Positions 22,730 to 34,127 of a stretch of DNA of 64,000 bases are shown here, piece by piece (position 1 is the first letter of the stretch; each line of letters begins with the position of its first letter). The translations under genes were made by a program, and so were the position numbers. The DNA comes from Eledone cirrhosa (lineage: Eukaryota): the NCBI GenBank assembly GCA_964016885.1, contig OZ024763.1, positions 23,312,001 to 23,376,000 on the forward strand. Reading direction: 5' to 3'. The notes beneath the pieces are model-generated. The model had not been told where the DNA came from, ran no database searches, and saw only the letters and a program-made list of their open reading frames with translations.

Positions 22730-23930
22730 AATAATAATGAAATATTGTGTACAGTGCTCAGGTGCACTACAACTCATCAAAAAGTGTATGTATGGTACAT
22801 AGGGTAATGTACAAATGTCAGGAAAATGAACAGTGCATGAGTCATGATATACACATGTGTGCATGTGTATGGAAGGGGTACATCAGGTGTAGTTTTGGCG
22901 TATTTCGGGAAGCATGAGTGTCTTAAAGGATGCAGTGTCTCGGCAGCTAACAACTGACGCAGGCAGTTTGTTCCATGCTTCAGCAACTCTGAGCGTGAAA
23001 AAATGTCTACGAAAGTCATGGGAGCTGTGCTGTTTTCTGATTTTGTAGGCATGTCCACGTGTGTTAGACACATGGAGATCAAAAAGGTGCTCAGGGTTGT
23101 TGTTGGCGAGATGGTTAATAACTTTGTGGGTATTTACCAAGTCCATTGCCAGACGTCGGAGCTTCAATGAATCCATGCCCAGGGAAGCAAGGCGTTCAGA
23201 GTATGGTAGGTGTCTGATGGAGGGTATGCGCTTGGTTGCACGTCTCTGAACAGTTTCCAGGCTGTCAATGTTCTGAGCAAGATAGGGGTTCCAGACTGAT
23301 GATGCGAATTCCAAGTGTGGTCGTACTATAGCTGTATACAGTTTTAAATAGATGGCTGGAGAGCGGCTAAGAAAGGTCTTGCTGAATGATGCCAAGACAC
23401 CCTCGGCCTTCTTGACAATCTTAGAGACATGCTTTGTCCAACGCAAATCGCTGCTGACAGTAATGCCCAGGTCACGTTCACAAGAGGACTTCTTGATATC
23501 AGTGTTGTGAAGGGAGTATGTGGGCGCTGGATTTTTCCTCCCAAAATGCATGGTGGTACACTTGTCCAGCTTCAGTTGCCAGTCTGTGATCCATTGATGC
23601 ATTGTGTCCAGGTCTGATTGTAGGAAAGCGTTGTAGATTTCAGGATCAGTCCTTTTGATTTCAAGGTACAGCTTGATGTCATCTGCATATTTCAGTACTG
23701 TGGCATTCTGTAAGTTGGCATCTATGTCATTAATATATGCCACAAACAAAAGGGGACCAAGAACAGATCCCTGTAGTACACCAGATGACATCTCATATGG
23801 TGAAGAATGCTGTCCTAGAACCGTGACTACCTCTTTTCGGCTGAGAATGAAGGATTTCAACCAGTCGAAAAGATCATCCCTCACACCCATTGCAGAGAGT
23901 TTTGCCATAAATCTTTTGTGTGGCGCAGAA
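22730..23930 (-). mobile_element. CR1-clade LINE (family B), 5'-truncated; ORF 22883-23908
   Basis: 341-aa RT C-terminal half, close to the 13595-15572 copy. Confidence 0.92.
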
Positions 23931-24112
23931 TTATAATAAGGAAATTATTGTGTACAGTGCTCAGGTGCACTACAGCTCATCAAAGGTGCATGTATAGTGC
24001 ATAGAATAATATACAAATGTCAGGGAAGTGAATAGTGTATGAGTCATGATATACATGTGTGCGTGTGTATAGAGGGGGAATATTAGGTGTAGTGTTGGCG
24101 AATATCAGGAAG

Positions 24113-24412
24113 CATGGAGGTTTTAAAGTATGCAGTGCTAACAACTGATGCAGGTAGTTTGTTCCATGGAGGTTTTAAAGTATGCAGTGTCCTGACAGCT
24201 AACAACTGATGCAGGTAGTTTGTTCCATCGATGTTTTAAAGTATGCAGTGCCCTGACAGCTAACAACTGATGCAGGTAGTTTGTTCCATGGAGATTTTAA
24301 AGTATGCAGTGTCCTGACAGCTAACAACTGATGTAGGTAGTTTGTTCCATGGAGGTTTTAAAGTATGCAGTGTCCTGACAGCTAACAACTGATGCAGGTA
24401 GTTTGTTCCATG
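24113..24412. repeat. 61-bp tandem repeat (5 units) derived from the CR1 ORF end
   Basis: Unit catggaggttttaaagtatgcagtgtcctgacagctaacaactgatgcaggtagtttgttc. Confidence 0.9.
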
Positions 24413-25108
24413 CTTCAGGAACTCTGAACGTGAAAAAATATTTCCAAAAGTCATGGGAGCTGTGCTGTTTTCTGACTTTGTGGGCATGCCCCCGTGTGTT
24501 AGACACATGTAAATCAAAAAGGTACTCAGGGTTGTTGTTGGCAAGATGGTTAATAATTTTGTGGGTGTTTACCAAGTCAGTTGCCAGATGTCAGAGCTTC
24601 AATGTATCCATGCCCAGGGAAGCAAGGGATTTCAGAGTATGGTAGATGCCTGACGGAGGGTATTCGCTTGGTTGCACATCTCTGAACAGTTTCCAGGCGG
24701 TCAATGTTCTGAGCAAGATAGGGGTTCCAGACTGGTGATGCAAATTCTAAGTGTAGCCGCGCCATAGCTTTAAATAGATAGCTGGAGAGCGGCTGACAAA
24801 GGTCTTGCTGAGTGATGTTAAGACACCCTCGACCTTCTTAACAATTTTAGAGACGTGCTTTGTCCAATGCAAATCGCTGCTGACCGCAATGCCCAGGTCA
24901 CGTTCACAAGAGGACTTCTTGATATTAGTGTTGTGAAGGGAGTATCTGGACGCTGGGTTTCTACTCCCAGTTGCCAGTCTGTGATCCATTGTTGCATTGT
25001 GTCCAGGTCAGATTGCAGGCAAGATCTATAGTGCTCAGGATCAGTCCTTTTTATCTCAAGGTACAGCTTGATGTCATCTGCATATTTCAGTACTGTGGCA
25101 TTCTTTAA

Positions 25109-25330
25109 CCCTTTAATGTTTAAACCGCCCAAAGCCGGCCAGAATTTACTACCTCTTTCTGTTGAAATTGGCTGTAACTGGTCACTCAAACTGATGTATT
25201 AAGGTATTGTTCTCGAAATAAATACTTTCAAAATCTCATAGATTCGATATTATGTCAGATAATTATGCAAGGTAAAGCCTTTACCATGAAAATATAATAG
25301 TATATATAGAGTAATGTGCATGCTAAAGGG
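25109..25330. mobile_element. piggyBac-type MITE
   Basis: TTAA|CCCTTTA...TAAAGGG|TTAA. The empty site ttctTTAAgttgg is present in the CR1 copy near 14580. Confidence 0.9.
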
Positions 25331-27019
25331 TTAAGCTGGCATCTATGTCATTAATATATTCCACAAACAAAAGGGAGCTAAGAACAGATCCCTGTGGTAC
25401 ACCAGATAACATCTCATATGGTGAGGAATGCTGTCCTAGAACCGTGACTACCTCTCTTCAACTGAGAATGAAGGACTTCAACCAGTTAAAAAGATCATCC
25501 TTCACACCCATTGCAGAGAGTTTTGCCATAATGAGTGTGAAGGGTGATCTTTTTAACTGGTTGAAGTCCTTGTGTGGCACAGAATTGAAAGCTTTAGCAA
25601 AGTCAAGGTAAACAACATCCACCCATGAGCCGCCATCAGTGATCCGGGTGATGTCTTCAAGAAACTCGATAAGTTGATCACAGCAGCTGGAGTTAGGGAT
25701 AAATCCAAATTGCGAGGGCCAGATAAGACTGAGAGTTCCAGAAGTTCCAAAGCATTCCTCTGACACAGGATTCCATCAGTTTGGCAATGCAGCTAGTAAG
25801 ACTGACTGGACGTTAGTTCACAGGTGATGTGCGGTCACCCTTTTTGAACAGAGGAATGACACTGGCAGTTTTCCACTGTTCTGGAGTAGCACCATTGTTC
25901 AGACAGAATTGGAAGAAGTGTGATAGCTGGTGCAGAAGGAAATACCCACCACGTTTAAGAGGTAGATAACACCATCAAGACCAGGAGAGGCATGGTTGCG
26001 TTTATTTTTTAGGTGACGTCGCAGCATTGCAGGTGTAAATTCCATGGTTGTAATAGAATCCGATGTCAGAGGTGGTGGAGACGGTACACTCTGGTCTTCA
26101 ATAGTGAAAATGCCTGCATAGCATTCAGCAATGAGCTCTGCGCATTCCTTGGGATCGTCAGTAACCTGGCTTGTGTGGGGATTGTGAAGAGGACCAACTG
26201 GAGAGTGAGGCCTCTGCTTTGAGTGAACATACTTCCAGAACACCTTACTGTCAGGGCTGGTTGCTATGCGCTGCTCAAATTGAAGCACTGCCTTTTTTGT
26301 CACCTGTTTGAGATGGTTGGATGATTTATTACGCTTCTTCCTTTGTACTCACGTTCAGCATTACAACGTTCTTTTCTGGCAAGACGGACTGCTGCAGTCT
26401 CCCAAATTGCACTTTTGGGATGTTTTTTCTGCTTACGTGGCACCAATGCTGCACATGCTGTCCATATTGAGCTCAGGATGTTCTGGAGTACAGTGTTGAC
26501 ATCTCCAGAGTTGTAGAACTCAAGCCAGTTTGGACATGGCAATAATGGTGGTAATAGTTGCAACTACTACTATCGTTAGAAGCGCAGTCAGTGTTCAGAA
26601 AGATTTTAAAAATATACGTAAGATTGGCTGGTATAGTGTCTCACACGAAACAGTGTGGTTTCTTTTCACTTGTGTGTATATGTGTGTGCGGTATGTATCT
26701 ATATATAAATCTGTGTGTATATTGTTTATAGATTTTGTGAAGTACTTACTGCGATCCCTAAGGTATGTAGTGATTTTTTTTTTTCCTCGTTCATGTCCAC
26801 ACGTGGTTTGTTGGTGAAAATCAAATATACTTCGTTAAAATAAGTTTATGTTGAAGCTGGTACTAGTTGTCAGGGAACAGTCAAAGTATTTGTAATAATG
26901 AATATTGTAACCCATCTGACATGTGTTAAAAGGGCAGTTTTTGGTGAAAATATTATATTTTGTTTGGGAAGACATGGTCAAACGTCCTTCCTTGTCACCA
27001 TATGTGTGTCTATAAGAAG

Positions 27020-27305
27020 CCAGACATGTCTATAAGAAGCTAATGTAGGCGGGAAGCTTCTAGAGTTAGTTGAGGACTTCCTGTATCTGGGAGCAAAGAT
27101 TCGGAACACAGGATGATGTGGTGGAGAGGAAGAACAAAGCCTGGACGGTGTGCCAGTTTGAGATCGGTGTGGAAGTCGGACCTTCGTAAAGACCCGAAGA
27201 TCTGTCACTTCGTCGCTACAGTGGAGTCTGTGCTGCTGTACGGGCCTGAGACTTGGACACTGACCAAGAAACTCACTCATATGGTTGATGGGTTCCACAC
27301 AAGAA
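27020..27305 (+). mobile_element. Degenerate RTE-clade fragment
   Basis: VEDFLYLG and ATVESVLLYGPETWTLT motifs. Confidence 0.7.
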
Positions 27306-27489
27306 TCCCCACCACGACTATCACCACCATCACTGCCACCACTACTACCACCACCACATGCAGTCATACCCATAAACATTTACACACACACATATCCATA
27401 AAAAGGAGATATGCTTGATTGGTTTTTATCAAGTGAGGAAGGAGATGGTGGAAGGGTTTTGTTACTGACCTATAAAATATATTGTAACC

Positions 27490-28662
27490 TAACTCTTTAA
27501 CATTTACATAACTCTATATCTACTGTGCTATAACTCTTTCTGTTACTTTCATGACCTGGTCCATCAGCTTTATACCTCTATAGTTTCCTCTATCTAGTGC
27601 ATCACCTTTACCTTTGTAGCAGTTGACAATGATGCTACTGCACCAATCTTTTGGTATGACACCTTCTAGTATTACCTGGTTAACAATACGTGTGGTTATA
27701 GTGTGGTTATATCTTTGATTGCCTTACTACGCTGCTGCTGACTTGTACTGCTGGCCCTTCTATAGGGTCTACTTGGGGTAGGGTCTCTTCTTCCCATGCA
27801 TTCTCCTCATTTAGTAATCTATCATAATGGCTCTTCCATGCATCTTTCTTCTCAGCACTTGTGAGGGCAAGCTCACCTTTATCATTCCGGATACACTTCT
27901 CTCCAATGACATCACAATTCTCTCTGACACACTGCCTCGCAATCTTGAACACTTCCTGTTTCTGGTCCTCACATTGCAAAACATGTTTGAATTTTCTATC
28001 CTCTGCTTCCCTCTTGGTCTCTATGTAATGTACCCTGCTCCCCCCGTTCTTCCATTCTTTCCATGCCTGTCTCTTGGCCTTAACTGCCTCATCTACCTTA
28101 TTGTTCCACCACCAAGTCACTCTCCTCCTGCTTGTGGTCTTACTCCAGCCACAGACTTCATCCGTCGCCTCTAGTAAGTTATTTTTTAGGAGCTCCCAGT
28201 GCTCTTCTACATTGAATGTCTCTATCTTTTCTTCTTTACTGTCGTAGGCGTTGAGTAAAATATCTTTAAATCTGTTACTGGCTGAGGGGTCTTTAAGCTT
28301 CCAGATCTTTCTTCTCCAGGTTGGCCTCTGTTTCCAGGTTCGTCTAGTTCTGACCGTGAGGTCGCTGACAACTAAGCTATGTTGGGAGGTACATTCCTCA
28401 CTAGGGTAGGCGTTTGTGTTTACGACCGTCCATCTGTCACGTCCTCTGATGAGGATAAAATCTATCTGACTAGAATGCTCCCCTGATCTATAGGTGATCA
28501 GGTGGTTGTCGGGTTTTTTGAAGTTTGTGTTACATATCGACATGTCATTGGCGCCGCAGAATTCTAGAAGTCTGAATCCTTCCTCATTTCTTGTGCCAAC
28601 CCCGTGGCGTCCATGGACTCTATTGAAGCCGTCACAGTGTTTACTTACGTGTTCGATTAAAA
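27490..28662 (-). mobile_element. RTE LINE internal fragment (end of endonuclease and linker)
   Basis: ORF 27707-28666 has RNEEGFRLLEFC, NTNFKK, ITYRSG, QIDFIL and TWWWN. Homologous to 55400-56650. Confidence 0.85.
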
Positions 28663-29141
28663 TCATATATACATATATATATCTATATATATTTTATATA
28701 TCTATATATATATATATATCTCGACAGTCGATTGACTTTAGATATATATATATCCTGGACCGGGTGAATGTGTTATGTCCTTGAGCAAGACACTTTATTT
28801 CACGTTGCTCCTTCTACCTGGAGTTGCGACCGATAGATAGTATTAGCGATTGGAAAGACCAATGGAAACATTGTTTCCCCGGTCCGATTTGACGAAAGTC
28901 GATCGACTGTCGATACCATATCATTGCTAACCAGATGGAATCCAAGGTTTTGTGTCGTTAAATTACTATATATAGTGTACCCCCGGCATTCGGGCTCCTC
29001 GTTATTTGCGGTTCCGATTATTCGTGGAATTTTCCTCATAACCTAACTAATAATTGTTTGTAGAAACCACCGCATATTCACAGAATTGTAAATATCTTCT
29101 GTGAATTTTTATGGCTTTTTTTGTGGCAATATATATTTACC

Positions 29142-29560
29142 CCCACCACCACTACAACTATTATCACCACCACCACCACTACAACCATTACCGCCACCAC
29201 TACCACCACCACCACTATAACTATTACCACCACCACCACTACAACCATTACCACCACCACCACTACAACTATTACTACCACCACCACCACTACAACTATT
29301 ACCACTACAACCATTACCACCACCACCACCACTACAACTATTACCACCACCACTACAACCATTACCGCGACCACCACCATCACCACTACCATTAATACTG
29401 TCACCACCACCACCACTATTACTATCGCTACCACTACTTCCACAATCACCACCACCACCACTACTACCACTACTTCCACCATCACCACCACCACCAACAC
29501 CACTACTACCACCACCACCGCCACCACCACCACTACCACTACCACTACTTCCATCATCAC
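29142..29560. repeat. (ACC/ACT)n compound microsatellite
   Basis: Directly visible. Confidence 0.9.
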
Positions 29561-29966
29561 CCCCCTCCCACCCCACAGCTGTTGTTGTTATCAGTTTTAT
29601 AGATCCGAGAAAACAGTAAAACGTGACAGCTTGTAGAGAGTTCAATATTATAGAAGTATATTGATTGATTTCAGTGGTATAGCTGTGTGGTTAAGGAGAT
29701 AACTTGGCAACCATATAGTTCAGTCCTACTGTTTGGTAACACCTTACAGCAGGGGTGGGCTAACTCTTTGGATCGGGGCCACATTGACTGAGTCATGAAA
29801 ACCAGAAAACCACGCCATTTATTATTGGATATGGTGTGTCAGTAACCTTACTTTGGATAACTTTTACTAGGGTGGCTGTAGTATACCAGCTGAGATTACT
29901 GAGAGGAACAAAAGCCAAACGCATCAGAAGAATTAGTGTTTTAATGACACCAACACACTTACCGTA

Positions 29967-30460
29967 TTTCAATTCAATTCAATTCAATATATTTGGCAGA
30001 AATTAAAACATAGATGCTTCAGATGCCATGTAAAGAGGAGAGGGGGACAACATTTACACAGTCCGAAACACAGGTGTACAACACCGGTCCAATGTCACCT
30101 TGAATTGTTGTGTGGTTGACGCGTTGACTACTTCTGGAAGCCGATTCCAGGGTCCAGAGATGCGGATCGAGAAAGCAGCTTTCCGTCTATTTAGGCGAAA
30201 GTGGCGGTGAAACAGCTTTTTGTCATGTCCACGTAGACCCCCTTCAGGTGCTGGAGTTAATAGGAGATCTTGAGGGAGATCATAATGGCCATTGAAGAGA
30301 TTGTAAGCCAAAAAGAGAAAAAGAGATCGCCGCCGACGCTCCAAGGAGAAGAGGTTCAGCTTCTGCAGCCGGCTTTCGTAGGGCAGCTCATGAAGACCCT
30401 GTACCATTCGAGTCGCTAGTCGTTGAACTCTCTCCAAGTGATGGATATTCTGGATGACAC
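29967..30460 (-). mobile_element. CR1-clade 3' fragment (third family) with (TGAAT)n tail
   Basis: ERVQRLATRMV...LPYESRL...LFSLERRR...LRGH...WNRLP. (TTCAA)n at 29967-29987. Confidence 0.8.
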
Positions 30461-31031
30461 CGAAGACGGTACTTTTTTCCTAAATTAAGTTTCAAAAATC
30501 TACCATGCGTCCTGGAGGCCGAAGGTTGTTTATTATGTTTTTCCAAATTTTTGAAATAACAACAACAATAATAAAAAAAGAATAGGAAAATATAGAGAAA
30601 AAAGAACAGGAAGGGGATGGGGGAGGGAAAGGGGTTTCGTGTCGCAGAAGAGAGGGGAGGATGATTGGGCTTTAGGCCTAGGGCAAGGGGGCAGGAGTGC
30701 TGTGCACTGCTTACAAGACGGCAAAAGCATTCCCATTGCCTTTCATCCTTACGGGGTCGATAAAATAAAGTACCAGTAATACACTGAGATAATTGCTGCC
30801 CTTGTGCCAAAAGTAGAAATAATTATTTTTACACTTTTCCTACATTTCTTTTATGCTCTCTACTTCTCCTTCTACGCTTCCTCTTACACCCCTCTCTCAT
30901 TACCACCTGATTCTGTTACCTGGAGATTTACCCATCTGCATTGTTGAAGCTTCCAAAACGACTATTTTTAATATTCCACAATGCTTCAAGCAAACTTTAA
31001 CACTCTCTTATCCTAACACACATATATATTT

Positions 31032-31069
<38 letters not shown>

Positions 31070-31574
31070 TTAACGTCTATCTTCCACGCTAGCATGGGTT
31101 AGACGGGAATTGTCCCACTTGAGGCAAGATTGGTCGGGTGACCGTGTCTCACTTGTATAGGACTGTATCTGGTAGGTTTTCTACGGCTGGATGCCCTTCC
31201 TAACACCAACCACATTTACAGTGTGGACTCAGAGCCTTTTTACCGTGTCTCCTACACAACCACTTTTTGTTGTGACACCTATACACGACCTCATTAGTAT
31301 GCACTGGATGTTGTGGTACCAACATAACTTTACAGAGAAAGGGATGGTGTTGGTAGGAGTGTTCTGTCTCCGCAAACAATATGGTCCAATAACCTATTAG
31401 TATTACATTGATTTAATGACAGGAAATTTGTTGTTTTTTCTCAGAAAAGAAGGTGAGGCTTTCTAAAGAATAAGTTTGATAAAGAGGAAAATGACGCATG
31501 GATATCATATTTATATTATTGTTATATTTGGAGAAGATCATGTTGCCCTAATATTTCTGTAAAAAACACACCCC

Positions 31575-32160
31575 ATTACTCCGGCCTCCCACTCCCACCA
31601 ACACCACCCTTTCTCTGTAAAGGTATGTTGGTACCTCAGGACATCCAGTTCAAACTAAAGTGGTCATGTAGGTGTCACGACAAAAAAACACGCAGTCCAC
31701 AATGTAGAGTGGTCATATAGGAGACAACAAAAGGCTCCCAGTCCACACTGTAAAGTGGTTGTGTAGGAGACACAGTAAAAAGGCTCCCAGTCCATGCTGT
31801 AAAGTGGTCATGTAGGAGACATGGTAAAAATGCTCACAGTCCGCACAGTAAAGTGGTCATGTAGGTGCCACGACAAAACACTCCCAGTCCACACTGTAAA
31901 GTGGTTGTGTAGGTGCCACAACAAAAGGCTCCCAGTCCATGCTGTAAAGTGGTTGTGTAGGAGACACAGTAAAAAGGCTTCCAATCCACACTGTAAATGT
32001 GGTTGGCGTTAGGAAGGGCATCCAGTTGTAGAAAACCTGCCAGATACAGTCCTACATGTTTGAGACATGGTTACCTGATCAATCTTGCTTCAAATGGGAC
32101 AATTCCCGTCTAACCCATGTTAGCATGGAAAATGAACGTTAAACGATGATGATGATGATG
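31575..32160 (+). mobile_element. RTE 3' UTR with about 7 copies of the 48-bp subunit
   Basis: Repeated cccagtccacactgtaaagtgg, terminal hairpin and (GAT)n. An opposite-strand tail lies at 31032-31360. Confidence 0.8.
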
Positions 32161-32307
32161 ATTGTTATATTTGGGGAGGGTCATGTTGCCCTAATATTGT
32201 TAGAAAAATATAGTAAAACACACTAAAATATCTGTTTAAACACATGATTTCATATAAAAAACCTTGCAAAACAAATACATCACCTTTATATTATGATGTG
32301 AGAGTAT

Positions 32308-32522
32308 GTGCTCCAGCATGGCCACAGTCTAATGACTGAAACCAGTAATATAATCAAAGAAGGTGGTGCCCCAGCATGGCCACAGTCTGATGACTGAAAC
32401 CAGTAAAATAATCAAAGAAGGTGGTGCCCCAGCATGGCCACAGTCTAATGACTGAAACTAGTAAAGAGAATAAAAGAAGGTGGTGCCCCAGCATGGCCAC
32501 AGTCTGATGACTGAAGCCAGTA
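32308..32522. repeat. 58-59 bp tandem repeat (4 units)
   Basis: gtgccccagcatggccacagtct(g/a)atgactgaaac starts at 32308, 32366, 32424 and 32483. A single related copy is near 59332. Confidence 0.85.
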
Positions 32523-33039
32523 ACATCACACACACGCACACACACACATACGCACGCAATATATATAATGACTTCTAATTTAGATAATGAGGCAGAAAAG
32601 TTAATTCAGTCACCTCTGGTATTTAGCTGATTCTTTGAGCACATCATATAAGTGTACAAGTATAAAAAGCTGAACATGCCCTCCCACAGTGTTGCTTTGG
32701 GGTGACTAAAAGCCCTCAGTCTACTCTGTAGGATGGCCTTCCTGGTTTCATGACAATTTAATCTAATCTAATCTGGCCGAGTTTACACTTACAAATAAGA
32801 AGAACCAGGACCGCCCCTAGGATCTGTGGATTTGGTGTACTTCATATTTCGGTTGCTGAATACAATGAGAGGTCGCTGCTTCTCCTGAAGGTCAATAGTT
32901 CTCTTCTAACTCAAACAGGAGCACCTTTCCATTGTCAATTTGCATTAATCATATGCAAAGCCGCATTGTTCTCAGAACCACTACACCAGTCTTACGATGC
33001 GTGCAGCTGGAACTACTGCCACCCATTGATTTAGCAGGA

Positions 33040-33190
33040 TCGCAACTCATTTTTACAGCTGAGTAAACTGAAGCAACATGAAATAAAGTGTTTTGCTCAA
33101 GGACACAACACATCACTCGGTCTGAGAATCGAACTCACAACCTTTCGATTGCAAGCCCAATGCTCTAACCACTAAGCCATGTGCCTTCAC
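33040..33190 (-). mobile_element. CORE-type SINE head and core
   Basis: Matches 18075-18220. Confidence 0.8.
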
Positions 33191-33270
33191 TTGACAAAAG
33201 AGCACTTAATCCTCTCTTGTTGAAAGAGGAGAAATTGATTTAGTCAACTTCGGTAGTTAAATGATTATTT

Positions 33271-33399
33271 TAATCCTTTAGCAATTAAACCAGCTGTATC
33301 TGGCTAGAATTCTCTCACTTCTTTCTGTTCAAGCCGGCTGTAACTGGTCACTCATATTGATGTTAAAGTATTGTTCTCAAAATAAATAATATCAAAATC
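33271..33399. mobile_element. Truncated piggyBac-type MITE, left part
   Basis: Similar to 25109-25240 and 54588-54715. Confidence 0.7.
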
Positions 33400-34127
33400 T
33401 TCTCTGTATTTAAACCTGTAGGTTGAGGGAGACAAACAAAGGGAAGATGGGAACACCTACAAAACGTGCTCCCGGTGTTGAGGGTTGTTCTAGCCACGGG
33501 GTGTAAAACAACCCTGTAGTAAAGTTCCCCCCTATTGGGGATTTCAATTGTTGAATTTGTTTGTTTTAAAAATATTTTTATACGATTGTATGTAACATCT
33601 CCGTCATAATGTCCTTGTATTGTCCAATTTTCTTGTGCGCCCTTGTGGCAAATAAAGAAATATATCTATGTGTCTGTCTGTCTATCTATCTATCTGTTTG
33701 TCTATCTATCTGTCTGACTGTCTGTCTATCTATCTATTCTTTAAGTATCACTTTAGAAGGAGAATCAGGGTGGAGAGAGAGGCACTGCACCCCAGTAAAT
33801 TTACTGAAAGGTGGGTGAATGAAGCGAAAATGGCCCGAGTGATTGGGCCTTCTCTGTTTATAAGCCTGTAGGTTGAGGAAGAGAGCAAAAGGAAGAAAGG
33901 AGCACTTGCACAACACGCTCCTGGAGTTGAGGGTTGTTCTATCGACGGGGTATTAAACAACCCATTTGGGGTGCCTCCCCCCTATTGGGGATTTCGATTG
34001 TTGAAATTGTTTGTTTTTATATTTTTTACACGACTGTATGTAAAATCCCCGGCATGTCTTTGTATTGTCCCCTTTCTTGTTGCGCCCTTGTGGCTAATAA
34101 AGAAATCTATCTATCTATCTGCCTGTC

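Larger units (their letters stand above)
23945..26525 (-). mobile_element. Older CR1 family B copy, degenerate, with MITE insertion and internal repeats
   Basis: Fragmented RT motifs, a 61-bp tandem array and a TTAA insertion. Confidence 0.88.

Noticed and set aside
32308-32522. CTGATGA-CT-GAAAC in tandem repeats resembling a retrozyme
   Set aside because: There is no stem II and no stem I partner, only two of four units have CTGATGA, and the motif arises from a cagtc/gactg hairpin.
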